A stretch of 64,000 nucleotides of DNA from Vicugna vicugna (taxonomy: Eukaryota). The notes beneath the pieces were generated by a model. It saw nothing but the letters and a program-made list of their open reading frames with translations, had not been told where the DNA came from and ran no database searches. The position numbers were made by a program, and so were the translations under genes. The stretch spans positions 225,965 to 289,964 of the forward strand of contig MU057403.1 of assembly GCA_013265495.1 (NCBI GenBank), written 5' to 3'. Shown piece by piece: positions 1-12,625 of this stretch (positions are counted from its first letter, which is position 1; each line of letters begins with the position of its first letter).

Positions 1-500
1 AAAAAAAAAAAAAAAAAAAAACCTAACAACTTGACTAAAAAAAATGGGCAGAGGACTCGAATAAACATTTTTCCAAAGAAGGAAGGTCAGTCAGGTGGTC
101 AACAGGCACATGAAAAGGTGCCCAGCGTCACTAATCATCAGGAAAAAGCAAATCAAAACCACGGGATATCACCTCACACCTGCTGGAACGGCTATTATCA
201 CAAAGTCAAGAAATACCAAGTGTTGGCAAGAATGTGGAGAGAAGAGAATCCTTGTGCAGTGATGGCGAGACTGTAAATTAGTGCAGCCACTATGGAAAGC
301 AGTATGGAGGCTCCTCAAAAAATTAAAAACAGAACCATCATGTAATTCAGCAATCCCACTTCTGGGTATATATCCAAAGGAACTGAAAGCAGGATCTCAG
401 AGATACCTGCACTCGTATGATCACTGCAGCATTACTCACAATAGCCACGATACAGAAACACCTAAGTGCCTGCCAAGGGATCAATGGATAAAGAAGGTTA

Positions 501-550
<50 letters not shown>

Positions 551-660
551 CTCTCTCTCTGAATATTATTTAGCCTTGAGAATGAAGAAAACTCCGCCCT
601 TGTGACAGAGAAAGACACTGTATGATCTCATTTATATCTAAAGCATCAAACTTGGACAAA
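1..660 (+). mobile_element. Old L1 ORF2 C-terminus and 3'UTR remnant
   Basis: Peptide QPLWKAVWRLLKKLKTEPSCNSAIPLLGIYPKELK is typical of the L1 ORF2 end; disrupted. Confidence 0.85.
502..560. repeat. Compound microsatellite (AC)23 followed by (TC)6
   Basis: Directly visible. Confidence 0.97.
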
Positions 661-3028
661 AAAAATCCCCTTAATAGAAGCAAAATGAAATAACTGACAA
701 ATAAGTATACAGTGTTGGTCACCTAAGCACTATCATTGTCGCCACCACTCAGGATAGGTAAACCAATACCACCTTCCCCAGTTATCAGTAAGATCATCCT
801 AGGGTGACAGAAGTCTGGAAAAGTGATAACCCTAAAATCAAAATTCAATGTAAAAGAATAAGAAATTGCCTCCTAGGTAATGAACTGAGGAACACTAAAA
901 AACCTGCCTATCAAAAATGGAGGAAAAATTCCTCATCGACCTTGATTTACTGTTAGAAAGCTTGAATCAAGTATGTCGTATGCTCTGTTTTGCCATCAAT
1001 TTTCTCATTCAGACACACACACAAACTGTTCTTATGCATTTGTAAATATATATGTTACACATTTATGTATCTTTTTAAAAAATTGCCTCAAAGCCTTCGT
1101 CAAGCCTTTTCAAGGAATTAAAGTATGTATCTCCTTGGCCTAACACAGTCCTTGAAATTCCCATCAACACTTGAACATTTACTTATCAAATATTTACTGA
1201 GTTCCTACCCAGTGTAAGGCTCTGTGCTACACAGTGCGGCTATAAAGATGGAAGATTCAGCTCCAGCTCTCAAGAGATGAGAGCTCAGTGGGGAGAAGAT
1301 TACGAGACTAAATGGTGTCCCTGGGTCCTGCGACAGCAACTGAGAAGGAAGGGGTGGAAGGCAAGAGAGGTACCGGCGTTCTAGTCCAGACGAAGCTAAG
1401 AACTGAAGAATAAGGAGGAAACAGCCAAGCAAAGAGGGTGAAATATCCCAAGGAAATGCTCAATGAAAAGCATCCATTGAAATGTACATGCATTTCTCAA
1501 GAGGTGACATTTATAGCCCAGTATGTCAGCAGAGCCGGGCCCTGGACTACAGCGCAGGTCCTGCGCCGGGGATCCACATCCAGCCTGCAGAGGTGGACTG
1601 AGCAACGCCCAGCAAACAGCAACAGGGCGCTTGGGCTCTGTAGCACAACGTGGTTTAAGCACCTACCAACAGATGATCTCACTTCCAAGGACAATGGCTC
1701 AAGGCCCTGAACTAAGACAAGTCACCTCCAGTAACAAGACAGCTGGAGCAGCGTGTGATTCAGCAACAGAGGATGAGCTGGGGAAGAGGCGGCCTTTCCG
1801 GCTGATACTAACGTATCTGAGGGGTTCCTACGTTACTCGTGCACACTGGCTAACTTCTCAGCAATGCCTCCTTCTGCTCACTCTGGTCTCATTTTACAGC
1901 AGCATGTTACGCTCTCAATAGCTGCTCCCTGCCGATTTCCATCTTTCCACTCATTTTCACCAAACTGCAACTTAAAAAAATTTTTTTTAATTCCCAGGAC
2001 AGACAGAAAGAGCTACACCTAACATTTTCTCCTGAGCTCTGTAACCCAGTAGGGGGTGCTCTTTTGTTTTTTTTGTTGTTGTTGTTTGATGCCTGTAAGA
2101 GGCTTCCCCACTACCCTACATAAGGTCACCTCAGAATACTGGATGTGACTACAAAAACACGTTTGAAAATCCCCAAGCATCCCTAGAGTGTGACTTTTTC
2201 GAGGATGAACAAGACAACAGTGTGGGCAGTAGAGGAGGAGCATTCTGGGCAACTCCAACATTGATGGAAAGCTTCCTAGAAACTGTGCCTGTGCCACCAA
2301 GAAACCTCTGTTGCAAGTCAGAATGTCATGACTTCTGGAATTACACACTGATGAACTCTTAAGCCTATCTTTTATTCGACTCAAAGAAATGACTTCAGCT
2401 TAGATGTCCACTGAAGTAGAAAAGGCATTTACATAATTATGAGTAACACAATGTATAAATATAATCATTTACAAGACAAGGGCATCACAAGTAAATGACC
2501 AAAACAACTGGCCTGGCATTTCACATTCAGCGACTCGTCCCATGAACCACAGGGACAGAGAGCTTCCCGTCCTGTCTCTTTGCAAATGGTTTACCTTGCT
2601 GTGATATACACTACATCCCCACACACGGTTAAAAAGAAGGAAATATTTATCTTTAAGAGGCAGCACAAAACTATAAATTCTAAAATAGTAATTCTAGACA
2701 TTTAGATTTTACATGAAATCTGTGTAAAAGGATAATAAATTAGTTACCAACATAAATTTACATTTTGTTCAAGTCCTTAGCTTATATCATCAGTGACTCA
2801 AATAAAAACAAAAGACATTATAATAGGTGTATATAAAAAACCAGAGAAGACAGCAGTCGCAGGAACCAGTCGGACAGAGGGTCCCCAAGGAGCCCGCTCA
2901 CCACCACAAACGGGGCCGACCGTGCGCTGTCAGCGGTGACATCTACCGTGGATTTTTCCTCATCCACTTTTTATGGTTACAGGACGATCACGGCGCTAAG
3001 CACAAGCAACAATCAACAATCAAATTAC

Positions 3029-3201
3029 TTGGGGTAAGAAGCCTGGGTCGGCTGGCTGGGCGGGGCGGCGCTGGCCGGCACGGCTCCTTGGCTGAGGGAG
3101 GGCAGCTGCTCTGGGGGGAGGCCGTAGCTCTGCAGGTGGCTCAGCTGCGCGGCCCCCGCGACCAGGTAGGCGGCGCTGTGCGGCGGGGCGCCTGCGTACA
3201 C
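3029..3201 (-). CDS. STAM: STAM exon 13 (173 nt, VYAGAPPHSAAYLVAGAAQLSHLQSYGLPPEQLPSLSQGAVPASAAPPSQPTQASYP); the final exon lies outside the window
   Basis: tctccccag| acceptor and |gtaatt donor; recognisable AYLVAG...SHLQSY.LPPEQL motif. Confidence 0.93.
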
Positions 3202-3649
3202 CTGGGGAGAGCGGGGTAGGACAGACTTGAACAGGCAGGCTCAACTTCATTTGCAGAGGCATTCGGTTACAGAAAGAACAATCGCAGCTCTGAAACGTTT
3301 TGTCTGAAGTTACTTCTGCTGACCGACATTTTAAAAAGGACTTTTCGGCGAAGTGGGCTTCCGACAATTTCTGTTCTTAGGTCAACGTTAGCTAAGCTCG
3401 TGTTTATCTCCGTGCAGAGGCAGTAAAGGAACTTACCTTGAAACGTCATACTAATACAATTTCTCCTTGCATGTTGATATTGTAAGTATCTCCCTAAAAG
3501 GAAGCCCAACAAATGCTCGAGAGGTGTCTGAATTCACTGTTTTATAGCAACACTCTGCATTTATTTACAGATCTCTACATACAGATATAGATACAGATGT
3601 ATTTCCTGCATTACAGCTTGTTAAGCATAGGGCAAGCTAAGCTTCTACA

Positions 3650-3868
3650 GCAGGGTCAGCAGACTTTTTTGTTAGGGGTCCAGTCAGTCAATGTGTCAGG
3701 CTTCGTGGGCCACATGGTCTCTGTCACAACTACTGAGCTCTGCCCACAGAGAAAACAGCCAGCCAGAAACAATGCAAAACCAAACGAGAATGCATTTCAG
3801 GAAGAGTATATTTTAAAAAACAGGTGGGAGGCTAGATTTTGCCGCAGGCCATTGTTTGCCTGCCCCTG
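3650..3868 (+). mobile_element. MER58A-like hAT-Charlie non-autonomous DNA transposon
   Basis: cagggtcagcagact...gggccacatggtctctgtcacaactact...tttgcctgcccctg, with terminal inverted repeats. Confidence 0.75.
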
Positions 3869-4960
3869 CATCTAAAAACTCTACTTGGGTTAAGCTAAAG
3901 AGATTAAAGTCTTAAATGCCCCTCAAATCTTAAATGCACATAACATTTTAATTTTCTGTGGTATTCATTAGATTCTTCCGTTTCACATGTTTGAAAAGAG
4001 AACTCCCCTGTACACGTAGTAAGCCTCTTACCAGCTGTTAAGACAGTAACACAGTCATCATCTTAGCACTTCGTTAAGCCACACGAGACTCACTACACAC
4101 TGAATCCAAAAGAGCTCCATTATAATCACAGTCCAGGGCTCATAAATGCAGTATTTTTGTTTGTTTGTTTGCCAAACGTGAAGGGTTTTATGTTTGCCTG
4201 CTGGCTCACACTGGTACGGAGACTCACAGCTGGGTGTCACCTGGCCCCGGTTTCTCAGGCCCAGCTGCTCTCCTCCAGGGCTCTGGCCCCTCACTTTAGG
4301 AGAAGTGGACCATGCCAAAAAAAAATGATCTGCACAAAGCGTATAATCTTCTACCTGGATAAAATGTGGTGTCTGGCTAATTACTCCCTATACCCTGAAC
4401 TTCTATGTTTCTGGGAGAAGTTTCTGGGGTGACCAGAGGAAAGCGCTCTACACCACACTACACATTTTCTCACGTAGCAGGAGGGCAAAAATCCGGATTA
4501 AAGCAGCTTACTATGAAATCGAAAACTGTGGATGATCACAAGAATTTAGTAATAATTAGGGGGTTTACTCAGACAGACAAAAATTGTAGTTCTTAAACAG
4601 ATAATTAGATATGAAGCTTTAAAAATATATAGATGTTTGGCCCTCATGCCTGGATTCAATAGGTCTGGGATGGAGCCAGAGCATCTGTTTGGTTTTTTGT
4701 TTGTTTGTTTGTTTTAAAGCTTGACAGTGATTGATGTACATCCCTGCAGAAAAACAATTTTTTAGAAAAAGGACTACTGTTTTATTTAGTATACTGTACT
4801 ATACACTGTATTTGTCAAGTAAAAAGATCTTTTAACCTTTATTTTTACTCTAAACATTACTTTTAGAAAGTTTCACATTTTAGAAAAACACAGCTATTCC
4901 AAATAATTGCAAATATGTTTGAGAATTTAAAATGAAATACGTGAGTTTTTAAAAGCTTAC

Positions 4961-5114
4961 CTGAGAACCAGAAACACCAGATGACTGAATATAATACTGC
5001 TGATTCTGTAATTTTGCGTACATGGAATACATCGGGTCTTCATTCATTAACTTGGTATACAAGGAAAGTGCCTCCATCACTTTCACATTAAGTTCTGAGA
5101 GTTCTGAATGCTTC
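4961..5114 (-). CDS. STAM: STAM exon 12 (154 nt, [51 protein letters not shown]; coiled coil and ITAM-like YTKL...YAKL)
   Basis: tttcag| acceptor and |gtaagc donor. Confidence 0.97.
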
Positions 5115-5684
5115 CTGAAATGTTACACAATAATTTAAAGCACAACTGCTATTTAAATGATATAATGGTCTAAGTAATAAGATGCATCAAAATAGCAAAA
5201 ATAGCAAAAAAGTGGTGTAAGCAGACATTATTAAAAATTGACCTTCGTGACAAAAAAATATCCTATAGTTTAGCTCCAAGGCAACCAAAACTGTTTTAAG
5301 ATTGAGGTGGTGGGCTAGAACTCTAGTTTATTGCACATGACTTTACTTCAAAATACCTAGATTCTCTAGTTATTAACAGATGGGTCATTTGTGGGCTCTG
5401 ATGATGTCACTTACAGCAAATACGATTACAACAGTTAACTCCTATTTTAAAAAAAGACTAACATAGTGAAAGTCAAATAAATTCTCACTTAAAAAGGGGG
5501 TGGGGAGGAGAGGCTGGTCTAATTTCAATTCCCATATCTAGCAGAAAACGAGTGAGTGAGAACTGGCCTATTTTTAAAATAAAAATAAAATGCAATAATA
5601 AAAAGGCAGCTCTATTCCAACAGCAGTTTAGAGAGGTCTGTAGGGAAAAGGGTAAACAACATAGATTAGTGCCTGCTCTTTTAC

Positions 5685-5739
5685 CGATCAATATCCTCCA
5701 GCTTCTCATCAATGAGAGGTCCCATCTGGTGACACAGCG
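5685..5739 (-). CDS. STAM: STAM exon 11 (55 nt, ALCHQMGPLIDEKLEDIDR)
   Basis: catcgtag| acceptor and |gtaaaa donor; phases fit exons 10 and 12. Confidence 0.95.
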
Positions 5740-6207
5740 CTACGATGACAAGATTTGAAGAAATATAAGAAAATGTAGCAAAAGAAAGCAAATCTCTGAA
5801 GGATATTTATATAATTTAAGGCCTAAAAGATCTAATTTGGAATAATACAAATTCTATTCATTAAACTTAGCCCACAGAGCCCAAGGTTGACTTTCCTGGG
5901 TATTTATAAAATCAATACTTTAGATTGACTGTATTGATGTCAGAAATTCTTTAATACATATTTCCATTTTATAACACTTAAAAATGTTGAATAAAATATT
6001 TAATTTGGGTAGAAAAGTATAAGAATTTGAATTCTACCAAAGATTTAAGCTGCATATAATCATGAGACTGGTCACAGAAGAGTGAGAAATGTGAACAATG
6101 TTTATATCATTCTCAATTTTATTTAAATCAAACCATTCTGCAACAGAATACTAGACATAACCTCTAATTATTCCTTATTTCCAAGGTAAATGAAAAACAA
6201 GGTTTAC

Positions 6208-6295
6208 CTTCAAGATGAAGTAACTCTGGAAGATCTGGTTGATCATCACTGGGATCTGTACTTTGCAACATCTGTAGCAACTGATCCATTTTATC
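6208..6295 (-). CDS. STAM: STAM exon 10 (88 nt, DKMDQLLQMLQSTDPSDDQPDLPELLHLE, GAT/HRS-binding region)
   Basis: tacag| acceptor and |gtaaac donor. Confidence 0.96.
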
Positions 6296-8195
6296 CTGTA
6301 GGAATTAAACAGTTATAAAAAGCAACAATCATACAATGAAACCTTCTCACTGTGGTAATTGGGTAACAGATAGAGAACTCTTGGAATTCAGACATGAAGA
6401 CTTCAATTTTGCTTTTATGGATTCAATATCCGTGTGTTCTCTTTACAACGATGTGAAGTCAGAGCCTTGAAAGCTATTCCTGCTTATTTTTGAAACTGCT
6501 AACAGAAACTCTCTTAAATGAGAAGAAAGAGAACAACATTTAAACTCACAACATGTGAGCTCTTTAATCTCTTACGTCATGCTAGTGGATTTCTGTGTCA
6601 CTCTGTTTGGGGCAGCTGTGGCCTTGCCATGCTGACAGGTGTAACCTCTCTCTCAAGACGGCATTACTTATGACTAACAACCCCGTCATTACCTCTCCAC
6701 CATGGAGGACAGCGCAGCTGTTTTGGTAAGGCATTGCTCCGCTGTATTACAGCTGTACTCCTCCTAAGCAGCACCAGAAGGATTTATTCTACATTCTCTT
6801 TCCACCAGTGTTTCAGTTTATCATCAAAAATAGAAGGGTTTGTGGTTCCTTTATTCTCCTGTGTAAAAAGCCTTGGAGGCATCTCGAGGCAATGAGTCGG
6901 ATCTACTTCAGAATCTTCTGCTGTAAGACCCATGGAACTAATGAAGCCATCATTACATAAATACCTCTATAAATTGTACTAGTATGTACATATTCATATG
7001 TAGGTTTAAAAAAATCAAAATATAGAGCTCACATACCAAAGAATACTACTGTAGTAATTCCAAACATTTCTTCATTCAGGTTTTACATGGATATACTACT
7101 GAACATCAGGGTAATAGTGACATCAGGTAAATAATTTAAAGACTGTGAATTCTAAGCAAAGCAGTTATTTAAACCAAAACAAAACCCTATGGTCTGCGCA
7201 CACGGAGAACAGTTTGAGAGATGAATTCATCACTAGATGGTGATAGTGACACAAGTGTAATTAAAAAAAACTCTTCTGAAGTCAAAAGAACTTTGTGTTT
7301 TGAAATGGATGTTATATTTCAATGTAAAAGATTCACAATTTTCATTTTCAGTGGTCTTTACAAAAGGCTGCACAGGTCAGAATAGCCTGCTTACAGCCAA
7401 AAAAAGAGGGGGTGGAGGTACAATGAGAGTGAGGAGTCAACTGACACGTGGATAATTTGTGTTCTATTTATTTGTTTACAGAATACTACACCCTATTCGA
7501 AATTACCTACTATCAGACAAATAAGGTTTCCAGATAGACCACTAGTATGACGCTACAAATGCTGCCTTATATAACCCCAATTCTCCTGGACCCCTCTGCA
7601 TTCCCTGGCTCTCAGCAGTGTTCTACAGCCTATTTCTCTAAAAGGGTGCTCTTCAAACTTTCTGCTTCTGGCTCCCCTGAAAGAAGCCTAAAAATCCACA
7701 AATCCCTTCACATATTTTAAAGATGACATCTCATTTTTCATCATTAGCTTAAAATGTTACAGAGGATATAATTTCCAGAGCATTAAATACTAGGATTTAG
7801 AAGTAAAAGTCACACATTCCTTTGAATATGCCCCAAAAGGCTCACTACAACAGTGTTTGTAATAGCAAAAACAAAACAAAACAAAACAAAAACCCCACAA
7901 AGAACTGTAAACAACCTAATCATCCAACAACAGAATAACGAAGTCATGATAAATTCAGTCTATGGAATATTAAGGATTTCAAATAATGAGGGACATCTCT
8001 ATGTACTGACATGGTAAGAATGGGTGGGACTAGAGAGGAAGTTTCAAGAAGAATCTTTGCTTCATCTACATTGTTTGAATTTTTATAACAACAAAATACA
8101 TGCAATAATCAAGTACTGAATTTTATTAAAGAAGAGAAGAAAACCATTTCAAGTTCAATACCAAGTATCATGCTCTCACACAGGAAATCACTTAC

Positions 8196-8284
8196 TTCAT
8201 CAATGTAGGCTTGTTCCGGCTCTGGTTCTATTGTTTCTATCTGAACATCATCACTAAATTGTACCGTCTTCTTCTCTGTTTTAA
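8196..8284 (-). CDS. STAM: STAM exon 9 (89 nt, KTEKKTVQFSDDVQIETIEPEPEQAYIDE)
   Basis: tttacag| acceptor and |gtaagt donor, frame continuous. Confidence 0.96.
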
Positions 8285-11200
8285 CTGTAAAACATGCAAC
8301 ATTTATCTTTTCCTTATCATAAATTTAAATTTTTATTTTAAAGCACTTTCGGTTCCAGGAGAGAATTTATGTTTTTCTTATATTCCCTTCAATCTGAGAG
8401 ACACAATTTAATGGATAATTAGGTTGCAGATTTAGGCAATAATGACAAAACATTACTTTAGGATATTCTGTGATGATTTCTTAATTTTCTCTTCTAAAGA
8501 TTTTATCTTTTCCAGAACAGAGATTTCTCTAAAAATAAGAGATGTATTTCTGAAACAAAGATTAATCACCTATTTACACATGAGAGTTTGGTAAACTGGT
8601 AAACAAAAAGCAAAGTTTTACACTGGCATAAATGAATTCTGCTATTTAAAATAAATCCTCTTTATAAATTACTAGTCCTTTCACAGAAAAATTTCCATTT
8701 TTCCACAGGCCATGCTATTTCAATATAATGAATTGAGAAGTTAGCTGTATGTTCCCCACACACCACTCAGACTTCTTTTTTTTTTTTTTTTACTAAGGGA
8801 ATGACATCCAGGCCAGTGGAGAACTTTACAAGTGGCCTTGGCAGGGATCTGCATTTTCCACTAAATCAGTCTATATTTTTTAGTTACGGTATTCTTTGCA
8901 ATGAAAAGGTGGTTATTAAGGGATCTGCAAATCAGAAGCATATATTTCTCTTGCCCAACAAAGCACTTTTTAAAAAATATTCAATGTAAAATTAACTAGC
9001 AAATATAAAGTTATGATTAACATGGCAATTAATCTTCTCCAAAATAATACTGAGTGGACAAACAGCTTTAAAGGAATGAACTTCCTTTTTGGATTTTTTC
9101 CATACTTGTATCAATGAAGTTAATCAGTATTTCCAAAAATATTAAAGCATCAAGATGGAAAGAAGTGGTGGGAAAGGGGCAGAATTAAGAAAGGGAAATA
9201 ATATATATTAAACTACTAAATGTGCGTCATGGAATATTGCATTTTCCGCAAGGAACCTCCAATACAATGCTATGAGATATGCTCGTTTTATAAATGAGGT
9301 TAACAGTGGCTTAGAAAGAGTAAAAACCCTTGCATAGGAGAGAGCGCATAGATGGCAACGCCTGGATTTGAATGCCAGCTCTACTAGCCCACACTACTGG
9401 AATCTGGCCTGTGATTTTACTCGAAGAACAAGGAGTCATACCACTTACGTATTCTATGTTGTGTGCTTTCATATAAAATGGAAATAGTTTACTTTACAGT
9501 ATAAGGAATATATTCACCCACACAAGTCACCAAAAGCAAAATTTTACACATAAAAAAAGGTTTCAACTGATTTTGTTTTCCCATGGGAGAAAAAGAGCCA
9601 TCTGCTACAGACATTTTTGCTTTTTATATCTTGAGCTATTAGCGAGTCGAAGGCTGGGACAGCACTGCACTGGCTGCTACCCATTAAGAGAACACATGGT
9701 AGACGGGACATCCTAACAGCTGACCACACCCATGTCTGCAGGGCTTTTTCTCCTGGGGACTAACACTATTACTATGTATGCGTGTGTATGTTTGTGTGCA
9801 TATCGTGTGTATGTATAAATAACACCACATATACATATGTACAGAGATATACAGACGTCTGTGTATACATATACATGATAAAGAGCTTTAACAAAACCTT
9901 ATTGCATCTCCAAAATGAAAACAAGCTAAGTAGGTCAAGCTTTCTAACTGACACATTAAGTGAGGTGGCTTCTGTTCTCCCATAAAGAACAATGCTACAA
10001 GGATCTTGCTAACACTCATTTTCCAAGCCTGAGGACTATAACGTCATTACATACGCTCCGATGCTCTGGTTTCTCTTTTAGGTGGTCCAGAGTGAGACAC
10101 AGGAGAATAAATAGAATATTCATTTTAAGGCTACAGTGCTATGTGATGGGAAAAAAGATGAGATGACTACCTTATCGACATGAGATCTTGGATCTCACCT
10201 TGAATGGAAATCCAAGACAACTCTATCCCTTCCAAGATCTAATTCAAGATTTAAAAAAAAAAAAAACCCAAACAACAAACAGAAAAAACAACCACAATCA
10301 GCCAGGTTAAAAAGTCAGCACATTATGCGCTGCCATTTAAACAAGGTTGTACAACATGGTTTTGCTTTTTTTTTTTTTTTTGAGTTTAACAAAGAGAACT
10401 CCCTTAAAGGAATGGGTACCAGATCTGTCTCCATGAAAGTAGCACAAGACATCCTGACGATAACTAGGAGAGGGCGTTGTTTTACCAAAGGTCTATAACG
10501 TCTGGTCTATTATTAAAGCCTTTTCTTGTAAAAGGAACATTTTTTGTTTTCAAAGAAAAGTACATCTTTACTGTTAATACACACTTATGTATCATTTATT
10601 CTATAAATATTTATATAGTCTGTATTCTGGATAAGATTCAGCATCAAGTACTGTTGGAAATAAAAAGATGACTGAGAAAAAGATCCTTTCTTAAAATTCC
10701 TGCAAACAAAAAAAGACCAAAGCTGATGGTGATTCACAGCTTTCTCTGATCTTTTCTACCTGGCATTACAGAAAGATGAGATGAGGTATTTTGCCAGGTA
10801 ACTGTAGCTTACTGACTTATATACAAAAAACCCTTTTAAAACTCTAAACATTTCAGTGGCTAATAGAACTCTTTCTAGATGAAACATATTTCTGTTTCCT
10901 TAAACAGAAGATTATGACTTAATATTGAGGACTCACACTCATCATTATGAGGACTCCTTAGAGTGATATGTAGAAATACAGTGAACCACCTACCAACATT
11001 TTAATAGGCTACTGGCAGTTACATCTCCTGCAACGATTGTGACTGCCAGTAATACCACTTTTCCCCTTTGGCCCCACTTTCTAGTCTATTTCTCCTAGTC
11101 AGCAAAGGCTTGGAAATCCAAAAATTATCTACATGATTAGTTATGGCCCCTTCTGAATATCTGATATGGTGGCTTAGGAAAGCCGTTATGTTGCTTAGAG

Positions 11201-11612
11201 GCCACTGTTTCCAAGTCTGGGGCTAGACTCTAGACAGATGGTCAAATAGGAAGAAAAGAAGAAAAGCTTCCCTGTAAGCTTACACTGAATGTCACATTCT
11301 TATCAACTGAAAACAAAAATACATAATGCATAAATTCTGTAACACCTCTTAATTTTCATTTTTACAAGGACATATAAATATATACATATATATGTATTTT
11401 TTTTTAAAGTCCATAGTCTGTCTAAAGATAATTTTGGTAGACAGATGATTTCAATTCTTGGATTAGATGATTCCTCATAAGTAATTTGACTGGGGAGGTG
11501 CATTTTTTAAGGGACAACTTGGAGGCACTAACATTTGATAGTCCCTGGTCCAGAAAGTTGAACTTTAGGGAATTATGGATTATCATCCATTGACAGACTG
11601 GAAAATACTTAC

Positions 11613-11707
11613 TCATTTCCGGTTCAGCAGTGAGATCTGCAGTCACAAAATTAGAGGGAAATAACCCCATGCCTTGATGGGTTTCACCTTTCCACCAGTT
11701 GGGGTCA
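11613..11707 (-). CDS. STAM: STAM exon 8 (95 nt, SH3 end, DPNWWKGETHQGMGLFPSNFVTADLTAEPEM)
   Basis: SH3 WW and GLFPSNFV motifs; ttag| acceptor and |gtaagt donor. Confidence 0.97.
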
Positions 11708-12432
11708 CTAAGAGCAAGAAAAAAGAATGCTTCACTATAACAAAGAATTTTTATTTCTATGTATCTTTACTTTTTATAGTGTTTAACTTACCTTACTAAC
11801 CAGATCTGAATCTCACAACAACCCAACGAAGGAAGAAATGAATGTATCACTATTACAACTAATTTTCAAGTAAACATAAAGCTGTAGTAAAAATAACCAG
11901 ATGCCCAGCTTCAACCCTCATAGCCCCCAGTGGTCCACCATGGAGATGGCAGCATTAAATATTTTGCCACAAAAACAAAAACAAAACAGATACACTGTAT
12001 CACCTCCTCTATGATAATGTAAATGTACATAATTCCACATAAAAGGAATTTGTTCCATACTGAAGTACTATTCTGTGGAAATAAATTAATTCAGTATATT
12101 ATGTATTTCTTATAAATTCCATAAATATGTGTATTTGGTATATTCTCTAAAGTCTTAACTTTTATACTAATTTAACAATCTATAATACTGGATGGAACCA
12201 AGAATGAATAGATTAAACTAGACCCTCAAAACAAAGACCATTTAAACAAAGAGAAAAAATGAAACTACAAAATAAGAATCCAGACGGTGTGACATGAGCA
12301 AAGTCATACAGAAAAACTACTTGCTTCAACATTTTATTTTTTTGTTTGAGAAGGCATTCAGCAGGAATAACGTGAAACACAGAATATGTTCAATATTTTC
12401 GTATGAATGTTGAACTTAATATTAACCATCAC

Positions 12433-12625
12433 CTGTCATCAAGAACGGTAATAATTTCTCCAGCTTTAAAAGTAAGTTCATTATCTTCAGCAGCTTCAAA
12501 GTCATATATAGCACGAACTTTTCGGCCCTCATGTTGGTGGTTAGTTAAGAGGTTGGATGTGCTTGGATACAAAGTAGAAAGGGTGGTCGACTGCTGCCTT
12601 TGTTCTTTCAGGGACAACTCAATGG
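12433..12625 (-). CDS. STAM: STAM exon 7 (193 nt, UIM end and SH3 start, [11 protein letters not shown]...[27 protein letters not shown])
   Basis: Overlaps ORF 12429..12617; SH3 AIYDF motif; tctag| acceptor and |gtgatg donor. Confidence 0.97.

Noticed and set aside
1..3028. Search for the STAM terminal exon
   Set aside because: No sequence encoding the expected C-terminus was found; it presumably lies left of the window, so this is not evidence of truncation.
2827..3367. 130-aa plus-strand and 115-aa minus-strand ORFs over exon 13
   Set aside because: Antisense or out-of-frame shadows of the GC-rich exon, with GTG-type starts.
7228..7246. CTCF-like tcactagatggtga, and similar partial matches near 9345 and 11940
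   Set aside because: Several mismatches at informative positions; cannot be supported without PWM scoring or ChIP data.
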